In this document: piece after piece, positions 31,097-42,147 of the stretch
Layout of the letters: every line of letters starts with the position of its first letter
Position numbering within the stretch: the first letter of the stretch is position 1
Source: an uncultured Acidobacteriaceae bacterium
Lineage (GTDB): Bacteria; Acidobacteriota; Terriglobia; Terriglobales; Acidobacteriaceae
Assembly: GCA_963711275.1 (NCBI GenBank)
Contig: CAVQDN010000022.1
Span: forward strand, 1,301-65,300
Direction of reading: 5' to 3'
Length of the DNA stretch: 64,000 nt
The notes under the pieces: generated by a model
Database searches by the model: none
Told to the model about the DNA's origin: nothing
Seen by the model: the letters and a program-made list of their open reading frames with translations, nothing else
Translations under genes and position numbers: made by a program

Positions 31097-31428
31097 GCCG
31101 TTCTCCCTTCTAGTTGCGGGAGTCCCTGCCACAACTTCCTCAACGTCCGCTGCGCCTCTCCGACCTCTCGCAGTCCCTTTTCGGTGATATGGAAGTACCT
31201 CTTTGCCCGCCCGCCGCGTTCCGGTGTGGAGTCACCGAATCGCGAAGTCGCCAAGCCTTTCTCTTCGAGCCGTTCTAATGTGGCGTAAACACTGCCAAGC
31301 GCTACTTCACGGCCACTTCTCTCCTCAATCTCACGTGAGATGGGAACTCCGTAGGCGTCCTCGCCGAGACGCATCAAAGCTAGCATTACCATCAGCTCAA
31401 AACCCCCGAGGTAATTTCGTTTTGGCAT
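31093..31428 (-). CDS. PadR family transcriptional regulator
   Basis: GFELMVMLALMRLGEDAYGVPISREIEERSGREVALGSVYATLERLEEKGL is a winged-helix PadR signature. Confidence 0.85.
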   Translation of the reverse strand: MPKRNYLGGFELMVMLALMRLGEDAYGVPISREIEERSGREVALGSVYATLERLEEKGLATSRFGDSTPERGGRAKRYFHITEKGLREVGEAQRTLRKLWQGLPQLEGRTA

Positions 31429-31508
31429 TTGTTCAATAATAGCGAAGAAATATGGATTTTCGCAAGCTCCAGCTCGTACTCCGAAATCAAGGTGTCAGGT
31501 AGGCGCTT

Positions 31509-31540
31509 AATTGGTGAAACATCGCCACAACACTCGCCGG
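31509..31540 (+). repeat. X-box 5' box only
   Basis: aattggtgaaacatcgccacaacactcgccgg. Confidence 0.5.
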
Positions 31541-31658
31541 CCCAGTAGTCATCCCCTCCTCCGTTTGACGCTACTCTCCCTTAGTCTTTACACTCAATCA
31601 ATGGCATGCGAACGGCGTGTTCCATGTCATTGGATAACCGGGCCCGTTCAGGCCGGAT

Positions 31659-32984
31659 GTGGCAGGTCAATCGGAAAGGGTCAAAGTGAGTCCCACAGAA
31701 ACAGTTGACGCCGCGAACGACGCGAAGAGAGACGGCGTCAAACGCGAGATTTCGGTCGAAATCCCAGCCGCCGAAGTCACTCGCGAGATGGAAACTATTG
31801 TCCAGAAATATCAGAAAGTGGCACGGCTGCCAGGCTTTCGCACCGGACACGTCCCCTCGTCCATCATCAAGCAGCGCTTCAAGGAAGACCTGAAGAGCGA
31901 CGTGGTTGAGGCCCTGGTCCCGCGCTACTTCCGCAAAGAGGCGGAAAAGCAGGGAATGATTCCGGTCTCGCAGCCGCGCGTCACCGATCTGCACATTCAT
32001 GACGGCGAGCCGCTCCGTTTCAAGGCCAGCTTCGAAATTCTGCCCGAGATCGTGGTCGAAGGCTACAAGGAACTTCGCGCCGACCATCCCGAAATCGTCG
32101 TAAAAGACGAAGAAGTGGAAGACGCGGTGAACAGCGTGCGCGAGCAGCACGCTACCTATACTTCGGTGGAAGGGCGTCCGCTGGCCGAAGGCGACTTCGC
32201 GCAGGCTTCCATGGACGGCAAGCCGAAAAACGGCGACGACAAGACGCAGCCCGTCCACATGGATGAAGTCCTGATCGAAATCGGCGGCAAAAATACAGTG
32301 CCGGAATTCACCGAGCACCTGCGCGGCGCCAACGCCGGCGATGAGCCGGAGTTCGAGGTCAGCTATCCCGAGGACGTCGCCGACAAACGCCTAGCCGGAA
32401 AAACATTCGTCTACAAAGTGAAGATTTACGCCATCAAGCAGAAGAATCTGCCGGAACTCAACGACGACTTCGCCAAGGAACTCGGCGAGTTCACCAGCCT
32501 CGATCAGGTGCGCCATCAGATCCGCGAAAACATGCAGGCGGAGCGCAAGCACGATGCCGAGCGCGAAGCCAAAGACAAACTGATGGCCGAACTGGTCAGG
32601 CGCAACGACTTTGAAGTGCCGGAGTCGCTGGTCGATCGCCAGATCGATCTGCGGCTGGAACGCGGCCTGCGAGCCCTCGCGGCGCAGGGCATGAAGATGG
32701 AAGATCTGAAAAAGATGGATCTCCCACGCTTGCGGGCGGGTCAGCGCGATCAGGCGGTGCAGGACGTCAAGTCGTCGTTGTTACTGGAACGCGTCGCGGA
32801 GCTGGAAAAAATCGAGGCCGGGGAAGACGAATTGAATCATGAGATCGAAGCCCTGGCCAGGCAGTCCAAACAGACTCCGGAAGCGGTCCGCGCTCGTTTG
32901 ACACAGGATGGGGGCCTCGATAGAATCCGAAACAGAATCCGCAGCGAAAAGACCCTCGACTTTTTGTATCACCAGTCCGCATAG
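31659..32984 (+). CDS. tig: trigger factor
   Basis: Full-length tig architecture upstream of clpP-clpX (..RLPGFRTGHVPSSIIKQRF.., PPIase-like middle, C-terminal arm). Alternative GTG start at 31686 has a better RBS. Confidence 0.9.
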   Translation: MAGQSERVKVSPTETVDAANDAKRDGVKREISVEIPAAEVTREMETIVQKYQKVARLPGFRTGHVPSSIIKQRFKEDLKSDVVEALVPRYFRKEAEKQGMIPVSQPRVTDLHIHDGEPLRFKASFEILPEIVVEGYKELRADHPEIVVKDEEVEDAVNSVREQHATYTSVEGRPLAEGDFAQASMDGKPKNGDDKTQPVHMDEVLIEIGGKNTVPEFTEHLRGANAGDEPEFEVSYPEDVADKRLAGKTFVYKVKIYAIKQKNLPELNDDFAKELGEFTSLDQVRHQIRENMQAERKHDAEREAKDKLMAELVRRNDFEVPESLVDRQIDLRLERGLRALAAQGMKMEDLKKMDLPRLRAGQRDQAVQDVKSSLLLERVAELEKIEAGEDELNHEIEALARQSKQTPEAVRARLTQDGGLDRIRNRIRSEKTLDFLYHQSA

Positions 32985-33097
32985 TTCACCGAGAATGACG
33001 CGGACCCTTTCGACCCTCCCCAGCAGGCTAAGCGTTGCGTCGGGGCGGAGTGTGGCAGGTGAATGTGAATAAGAACGATTCGAAAAACGATCCTCAT

Positions 33098-33694
33098 ATG
33101 ATGCTGGTACCGATGGTCATCGAGCAGACCGGGCGGGGCGAACGCGCCTACGACATCTATTCCCGGCTGCTGCGCGACAACATTATTTTCATCGGCACGC
33201 CGATCGACGACAACATCGCCAATCTGGTGATTGCCCAAATGTTGTTTCTGGCTCAGGAAGATCCGGAGAAAGACATCCAGCTCTACATCAACTCTCCGGG
33301 CGGCTCGATTACGGCCGGCATGGCGATCTACGACACCATGCAATACGTGAAGAATGACGTGATGACTCTGTGCGTGGGCCAGGCCGCTTCCATGGCGGCG
33401 TTACTATTGGCATCAGGCGAAGCGAAAAAGAGATTGGCACTGCCTAATTCGCGGATTCTAATACATCAGCCCTCGATGGGAGGCTTGTCGGGACAAGCCA
33501 CCGACATTGATATCCATGCCCGCGAGATTCTGCGTATGCGCGAGATTACAAACCAGTTGCTCTCCAAGCACAGCGGGCAGAAGCTGGACAAAGTCGAGAA
33601 AGACGTGGAGCGCGACTTCATCATGAACGCGCAGCAGGCTAAGGAATATGGAATCATAGACGATATCATCTATAAGACAGCAAAAGCTGTATGA
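33098..33694 (+). CDS. clpP: ATP-dependent Clp protease proteolytic subunit
   Basis: [64 protein letters not shown]. Confidence 0.92.
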   Translation: MMLVPMVIEQTGRGERAYDIYSRLLRDNIIFIGTPIDDNIANLVIAQMLFLAQEDPEKDIQLYINSPGGSITAGMAIYDTMQYVKNDVMTLCVGQAASMAALLLASGEAKKRLALPNSRILIHQPSMGGLSGQATDIDIHAREILRMREITNQLLSKHSGQKLDKVEKDVERDFIMNAQQAKEYGIIDDIIYKTAKAV

Positions 33695-33818
33695 TCTGCC
33701 TTCGCGCCTGACGGGAAGTTTGAGCGAAGCGGCACGGCCAGAAGAGGCTGAAAGATGCTGGGCCTGGCACGAAAATCAGGGGATCAGGCCGGGAAAAAGA
33801 TTCAAGGAGTAGAGCCGA

Positions 33819-35099
33819 GTGAAAACCAAGTCGGGCTCCGACGAGATTCTACGCTGCTCGTTCTGCCACAAGTCGCAGGACGCCGTAGCCAAACTGATTT
33901 CCTCGCCCAGTGATTATCCCCGCGCCTACATTTGCGACGAGTGCGTGGCGGTCTGCAACTCTATTCTTGAAGACGACCGCACGGCAACCCCTCAGGCTGC
34001 CAAACCCGACCAACTGCCCAAGCCCCAGGAAGTGAAGACCTTCCTCGATGAATACGTTATCGGGCAGGAGCAGACCAAGAAAAAGCTCGCGGTCGCGGTT
34101 TACAACCACTACAAGCGCATCTTCATGAACCGGCAGAAATCCGGCGACGGCATCGAACTCAGCAAATCGAACATCATGCTGATCGGCCCCACCGGAACCG
34201 GCAAAACCTTGCTGGCGCAGACTCTGGCCCGCATGCTCGACGTGCCCTTCGCCATCGTCGACGCCACCACGCTCACCGAAGCCGGCTACGTGGGCGAGGA
34301 CGTCGAGAACATCATCCTGAAGCTGCTGCAAGCGGCCGACGGAGATGTCAGCCGCACCCAGACCGGGATCATCTACATCGATGAAGTCGACAAGATTGGG
34401 CGCAAGGACGAAAATCCCTCGATTACCCGCGACGTTTCCGGCGAAGGCGTGCAGCAGGCGCTGCTGAAGATTCTCGAAGGAACCATCGCCAACGTTCCGC
34501 CGCAGGGCGGGCGCAAGCATCCCCACCAGGAATTCACCCCGGTGGACACAACCAACATTCTGTTCATTTGCGGCGGAGCCTTCGTCGGCCTCGACAAAAT
34601 CATCTCCCGCAGGATGGGCAAGAAGGCCCTCGGCTTCCGCAGTGGCGAAGAAGCCGAAAAGGACGAATCGGCCGCTGCGAAGAAGCGTACACAGGAACTG
34701 TTGACCGAGATTCAGCCGGAAGACCTGATCAAGTTCGGGCTGATTCCGGAATTTGTGGGACGCTTGCCCGTCGTAGGGATGCTGGAAGATCTCGACGAGT
34801 TCGCGCTCATTGAAATCCTGACCCGGCCGAAAAATGCCATCGTCAAGCAATACCAGCGGCTGTTTGAGTTCGAGAACGTACGGCTGAAGTTCAACGAGGA
34901 AGCTCTGCGGGCGATTGCCCGCCAGGCCATGGCGCGCAAGGTAGGGGCGCGCGGATTGCGCATGATTCTCGAAGAGCTCATGCTCGACCTGATGTTCAAC
35001 CTCCCCAGCCAGAAGAAAGTAAAGGAGTTCGAAGTGACGCGGGAGATGGTGGAAAAGCGTAGCGCCTCGTTCGCGACAGTGATGGAAAAGGCCGGGTAG
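33819..35099 (+). CDS. clpX: ATP-dependent Clp protease ATP-binding subunit ClpX
   Basis: Zinc finger [12 protein letters not shown], Walker [23 protein letters not shown]. Confidence 0.95.
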   Translation: MKTKSGSDEILRCSFCHKSQDAVAKLISSPSDYPRAYICDECVAVCNSILEDDRTATPQAAKPDQLPKPQEVKTFLDEYVIGQEQTKKKLAVAVYNHYKRIFMNRQKSGDGIELSKSNIMLIGPTGTGKTLLAQTLARMLDVPFAIVDATTLTEAGYVGEDVENIILKLLQAADGDVSRTQTGIIYIDEVDKIGRKDENPSITRDVSGEGVQQALLKILEGTIANVPPQGGRKHPHQEFTPVDTTNILFICGGAFVGLDKIISRRMGKKALGFRSGEEAEKDESAAAKKRTQELLTEIQPEDLIKFGLIPEFVGRLPVVGMLEDLDEFALIEILTRPKNAIVKQYQRLFEFENVRLKFNEEALRAIARQAMARKVGARGLRMILEELMLDLMFNLPSQKKVKEFEVTREMVEKRSASFATVMEKAG

Positions 35100-35105
35100 G
35101 AACCC

Positions 35106-35175
35106 GTCTTTGGCGTTCGTCCTTGGTCGTTGGCCTAGGGCAAATCGCATTCGCCAACGACCAAAGACCAACGAC
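35106..35175. repeat. hairpin built from GGTCGTT-type heptamers
   Basis: gtctttggcgttcgtccttggtcgttggc ... gccaacgaccaaagaccaacgac, starting 7 nt after the clpX stop. Confidence 0.8.
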
Positions 35176-35231
35176 TCTCGACGAAACGCGGTAGAATCAA
35201 TTAGAGTTTGCTGTCATTCCAGGGAGACTCA

Positions 35232-37614
<2,383 letters not shown>

Positions 37615-37670
37615 CCCACCGACGCCATCCTGACAGTCCGGCCAGCCCATCAGATAAGAGTGGAACGCAG

Positions 37671-38861
37671 ATGTCCACATCCAACCAGAGTCAGATTTTT
37701 TTTGAAAACGAGCCGGAATCGCTCCATCGACCGAGCTCAGGCCACGCGGACAACGGGAATCCTTCCCTCGCAGGAAATCAGCAACCTGATCGCTCGCGGA
37801 CACGTAAGCGCGTCGCCTGCAATCGAGCCCGAACATATCCAGCCTGCGAGTCTCGACCTGCGGCTGGGCGACATGGCGCACCGGGTTCGAGCAAGCTTTC
37901 TGCCCGGCCCGAACAGCACGGTCGAAGCGAAAATCAAAGAACTCCGCATGGCGCGCGTCGATCTCACCGCCGCGCCTGTTTTCGAAAAAGATTGCGTCTA
38001 CATAATCCCTCTCGTGGAAGAACTGAATCTGCCGGAAAATATTTCCGGGAAGGCGAATCCCAAGAGCACCACCGGCCGGCTCGACATTTTCACGCGCCTC
38101 ATCACCGACTACGGCACCGAGTTCGACAGCGTCCCGCAGGGATACAAGGGCAAACTCTACGCCGAAGTTGTCTCGCGCACTTTCACCGTCGCGCATTCGC
38201 GCGGGGATGAGACTGAGTCAGTTGCGCTTTGTGCAAGGCAGTCCGCGCTCCGGCGACAGCACGATCAAGGGCTTAGACCATGAGGAGCCTCTGGTCTACA
38301 TGGACGAAAGACACCCCGGCCAAGGCCCAGCTTCAGCGCGGCCTGCGCATCACCGTCAATCTCGAAGCCGCGGAACCAGGTGAGATCATCGCCTACAAGG
38401 CCAAGCGCTATGCTCCCGTGATCGAACTCGACCGGGTTGGTTATTATCCGACGGAAGAGTTCTGGGAAGTTCTTCACCAAAGCGCGAATAAGAGTCTGAT
38501 TCTCGAGCCTGGAGACTTTTATATCCTTGCGTCCCGGGAGCGCGTCCGCGTTCCCCCCGACTTCGCCGCCGAAATGGTTCCCTTCGATCCCGCCGACGGC
38601 GAATTTCGCATTCACTACGCCGGATTCTTCGATCCCGGCTTCGGCTACGGCTCCAGCGAGATCAAAGGCACTCGCGCTGTACTTGAAGTCCGTGCCCACG
38701 AGGTACCGTTCCTGATGGAACACGGGCAACTCGTAGGCCGCCTGAACTACATGCACCTGCTATCGCGCCCAGAAAAGATCTACGGCACGAATATCGGATC
38801 GTCCTACCAGCATCAGGCGCTGACCCTGAGCAAGCAGTTTCGCCGCGAACCCAAGGGCTAA
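37671..38861 (+). pseudogene. dcd: 2'-deoxycytidine 5'-triphosphate deaminase (long DCD family), frame-disrupted
   Basis: TGILPSQEI..IQPASLDLRLG..RVRASFLPG..KANPKSTTGRLDIFTRLI.., then ..RAGMRLSQLRF.., then ..FAAEMVPFDP..GEFRIHYAGFFDPGFG. Shifts at the T8 run 37696-37703 (if ATG 37671 is the start), near 38193 and near 38307. Confidence 0.75.
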
Positions 38862-38877
38862 TCACCCGTCCATCCGT

Positions 38878-38902
38878 AAAAACGTAGCTTGCTACGTCTT
38901 GC
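38878..38902. repeat. R1 degenerate copy
   Basis: aaaaacgtagcttgctacgtcttgc. The core acgtagcttgctacgt is retained. Confidence 0.65.
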
Positions 38903-38926
38903 CTGCGGCGCCCCACACGATGGTAA

Positions 38927-38953
38927 GAGAGACGTTGCAAGCAACGTCTCTAC
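38927..38953. repeat. R1 palindromic repeat
   Basis: gagagacgttgcaagcaacgtctctac. Confidence 0.9.
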
Positions 38954-38994
38954 GAAGGCTTGCCAACTTCCCTTCCCTCGTTGCAAACTTGAGC

Positions 38995-39633
38995 ATGAGG
39001 GTTCTCTCCCGCTTTCTGGCGGCGGCCACCGATGCCGCGCACTTCCCTGCTCCCACCCTGCCGGAGATCGCCTTCCTCGGCCGCTCTAACGTCGGCAAAT
39101 CCAGCGTGATCAACTCTCTGGTCGGCACCAAGCTGGCGCGCACCAGTTCCACTCCCGGCCGCACCCGCAGCATTAATTTTTTCGAAATACGCTGGCCCGG
39201 AAAGCCGCGCCCCGAGCTGATCTTCGCCGATCTCCCGGGCTACGGGTACGCTAAGATTTCGCGCGAGATTTCGCAGGAGTGGCCAAAATTCATCGAACCC
39301 TATCTCAACGACCGCCCCACTCTGGGTCTCTGTATTGTTCTGATCGATGCCAACGTTCCTCCACAACCGAAAGACCGCCAACTGCTGGACTTCCTCAATG
39401 CCTCGAGCCGCCAATTTCTGCTCGTGGCAACCAAAAGCGACCGGCTCTCGAACAACCAACTGCATGGTGCCCTGCGAACCCTGACAGGGGAGTATCCCGC
39501 GGCTCGTCTGCTTCCCTTCTCGGCGAAAACCGGCGCCGGACGCGAGGACTTGTGGAAGGAAATCCGGCAGGCGGCGCAGCAGATGGCAACCGCCGAAATC
39601 TCTCCGGGCACAACTCTCTTAGAAGATTCTTAA
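38995..39633 (+). CDS. yihA: ribosome biogenesis GTP-binding protein YihA/EngB
   Basis: PEIAFLGRSNVGKSSVINSL...TSSTPGRTRSINFF...DLPGYGYAK...TKSDRL. ATG 38995 lies just downstream of two R1 repeats. Confidence 0.85.
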   Translation: MRVLSRFLAAATDAAHFPAPTLPEIAFLGRSNVGKSSVINSLVGTKLARTSSTPGRTRSINFFEIRWPGKPRPELIFADLPGYGYAKISREISQEWPKFIEPYLNDRPTLGLCIVLIDANVPPQPKDRQLLDFLNASSRQFLLVATKSDRLSNNQLHGALRTLTGEYPAARLLPFSAKTGAGREDLWKEIRQAAQQMATAEISPGTTLLEDS

Positions 39634-39707
39634 AATCAACCCTCTTCTGATACTAGAACCAACTCTCTTACGTCAGGCGTTCGCCGCGTTCGCTATGATG
39701 AGAGTCG

Positions 39708-40646
39708 ATGGCTCAATATCTCATCACCGGCAGTGGCGGCTTTATCGGATCGTCGCTGGCCCGGGCGCTGCTTGCGCGCGGCGAGCAGGTGCGCGGCGTT
39801 GACAACTTCTCCACCGGCAACCGGCAGAACATGACTGAAATACTAGATCGCATCGACTTCCGCGAAGCCGACATTCTTGACCTGGCCGCGATGCACAAAG
39901 CCTGCGCCGGCGTGGACTTCGTGCTGCATCAGGCGGCGATCCCTTCCGTGCCGAAATCGGTCCTGGACCCGCTGGCCAGCAACCGGGCCAACATCGACGG
40001 CACCGTCAATGTGCTGGTGGCGGCGCGGGATGCAAAAGTGAAGCGCGTGGTCTATGCGGCGTCTTCCTCTGCCTACGGCGATACTCCGACCCTGCCTAAG
40101 CACGAAGCCATGAAGCCCGATCCCATTTCGCCCTACGCCGTGGCCAAGCTGGCGAGCGAGCTGTACATGATTTCTTTTTACCGTTGTTACGGACTCGAAA
40201 CGGTCGCCCTGCGTTACTTCAACATCTTCGGGCCGCGACAGGACCCGACTTCTCCGTATTCGGGCGTGCTGGCGAAATTCATCACCCAAATGCTGCGCGG
40301 CGAACAGCCCACGATCTTCGGTGATGGCGAGCAAAGCCGCGACTTCACTTATATCGACAACGCGGTAGAGGCGAACCTACTGGCCTGCACAGCTCCTGCT
40401 GCGCGGGCAGCCGGGCAAGTCTTTAACATAGCCACCGGCAGCCGCTTTACGCTCAATGAAACTTTCAAATTGCTGCAGGGTATGACGCCCTATAAGGGTC
40501 AGCCCAAGTACGCCCCGGAGCGCGGCGGCGACATCAAACACTCCCTCGCCGATATTTCGCAAGCAGAAGCCGCCCTCGGCTACAAACCCAAAGTAGATTT
40601 TGAAGAAGGACTGCGGCGAACGGTGGAGTGGTACCGCGGTAGATGA
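39708..40646 (+). CDS. NAD-dependent sugar-nucleotide epimerase/dehydratase (extended SDR)
   Basis: ITGSGGFIGSSL Rossmann motif, SSSAYG, the YAVAKL catalytic YxxxK, RYFNIFGPRQ. Confidence 0.85.
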   Translation: MAQYLITGSGGFIGSSLARALLARGEQVRGVDNFSTGNRQNMTEILDRIDFREADILDLAAMHKACAGVDFVLHQAAIPSVPKSVLDPLASNRANIDGTVNVLVAARDAKVKRVVYAASSSAYGDTPTLPKHEAMKPDPISPYAVAKLASELYMISFYRCYGLETVALRYFNIFGPRQDPTSPYSGVLAKFITQMLRGEQPTIFGDGEQSRDFTYIDNAVEANLLACTAPAARAAGQVFNIATGSRFTLNETFKLLQGMTPYKGQPKYAPERGGDIKHSLADISQAEAALGYKPKVDFEEGLRRTVEWYRGR

Positions 40647-40893
40647 GTACGAGCACCCGGTATTAGGAATGTCAGATGCGAAGACAATTTCGTCATCGAA
40701 TGGTCGCATCTCCCGGACCGCTGATGATGAGTGAACCGGCGATTTAACAACCATTGACGAGAAGACGGGCAGTGTCCTGTCGCCGAGTTTCGGCTAATTC
40801 TTTTCCGTCGCTTGTTTCAGGTAGCGAAGCACAACACATCCCGATTTAAAAATCTTTGACTCAACAAGTTTTAATTGCAGTCTCTCCCGCAGG

Positions 40894-41394
40894 CTAACAC
40901 CTTCGGAACAGCCGTCTCCCTTCTCCTGCAACGATTGGCCCAACGACAAAACGATATTCATCAACCAGGCCAAGCTCGATAAGTTGTGAAGGAATGCTTA
41001 CACCACCGATTAAAATATTTTTGCCCTGCTCTTGTTTCAATTTAAGTATTTCGTCGTGAAGGCTGGTACGAACAATTCTCGTCTTTTTATCTTCAGCGCT
41101 GTCTAACGATCGTGAAAAGACAATTTTTTGGATGGAGTCAAATGTTTGAGCAAATTCGTTCGATGCTTTTGTCATAGACTGGTTTTTTGCGATTTCAGGC
41201 CAAAAAGGAACCATCAACTGATAGGTTTTACGCCCGAAGACCAGCAGGTCAACCTCTCGCAGCAGGTCGGTGAAATATTCATGTGTCTCGTCATCAGCAA
41301 GTTGCTTGGCGTGGTCGCAGCAACCATCCAGGGTAATGTTGATTGCGAAGATTACATTTCTCACTTTCGCCTCCGTGCACACACACATCAGCAA
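40894..41394 (-). CDS. dihydrofolate reductase family protein (RibD C-terminal domain-like)
   Basis: INITLDGC.....DE.H.YF..LL...D.LVFGRKTYQLM..FW......ILIGG..I..QL...GLVDEY.....P...G.G..LF. Visibly more AT-rich than its surroundings. The start is uncertain. Confidence 0.65.
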   Translation of the reverse strand: MLMCVCTEAKVRNVIFAINITLDGCCDHAKQLADDETHEYFTDLLREVDLLVFGRKTYQLMVPFWPEIAKNQSMTKASNEFAQTFDSIQKIVFSRSLDSAEDKKTRIVRTSLHDEILKLKQEQGKNILIGGVSIPSQLIELGLVDEYRFVVGPIVAGEGRRLFRRC

Positions 41395-41537
41395 TTATCG
41401 CAAAGCGGATTTGAAGTTGACGAAAAGGCCTTGCACTCAAAATCCCCATCCTCCGCGTCAATGAGAGATCTGGCGATTTACGCCAACAACCCCTCACCTC
41501 CGAGAGTGCATTCGTCACAGTGGAGTGGAGGTACTTC

Positions 41538-41764
41538 ATGAAGACGATGACGTGCCAATCGCTGGGTGGACCCTGGAACCTGTGAACAAAAGCTGTCTGC
41601 CCGATCATGGGACGAAATGGTGCAGTTAATGACGAAACATGTGATGGAAAAACATGGAAAAACATCCTGACACCGCAAAAGCGATGGAAAAAATGCATAC
41701 CGAAGACCCTAAGAAATGGGGCAGAGAAACCAAGCCGAAGTGGGACGCGACACCGGAGACGTAA
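41538..41764 (+). pseudogene. DUF1059-family small protein broken by two short tandem duplications
   Basis: MKTMTCQSLGGP.. after a GGAGTGGAGG RBS. Removing a 7-nt imperfect duplicate (cctggaa|cctgtgaa) and a 10-nt perfect duplicate (ggaaaaacat x2) restores MKTMTCQSLGGPCEQKLSARSWDEMVQLMTKHVMEKHPDTAKAMEKMHTEDPKKWGRETKPKWDATPET. Confidence 0.6.
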
Positions 41765-42036
41765 CGCTGAGTGTGATAGCAACGTTAAGTCAATCGGCAT
41801 AGTTTCCGAGTAGCCGACTAACCGGGAATTGATCGAACCGTTTAGTAGTTACAAAACGCAGTTCTCGCGAGTGGGAGGAGAAAACAGCCGGCGAGCCGCG
41901 GTCGGCAGCACCCAGCATTTCTGTAGTAGACTTGCCACGCGATTCGTCAGATTGCGCCTCAGTTTTTTACCCTGGACGTTCCCCGCACCCTTGCCTATTA
42001 CGATTCGCAGCGCGAAGATAGAACCCAGGATTTTTC

Positions 42037-42064
42037 TTGACTTGAGGACACTTCAAGATAAACT
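42037..42064 (+). promoter_or_regulatory. possible sigma70-type promoter for the 42148 gene
   Basis: TTGACT (42037-42042), a 16-nt spacer, then TAAACT (42059-42064), about 85 nt before the ATG. Pattern match only. Confidence 0.3.
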
Positions 42065-42147
42065 TATGGCCCCCCCTTTGTAGAGCTTCACGATTTTTTC
42101 CCCGGGTGCTTTCGTTCAGAAGCGAAATCAGAACTGAGGAGACTTTC

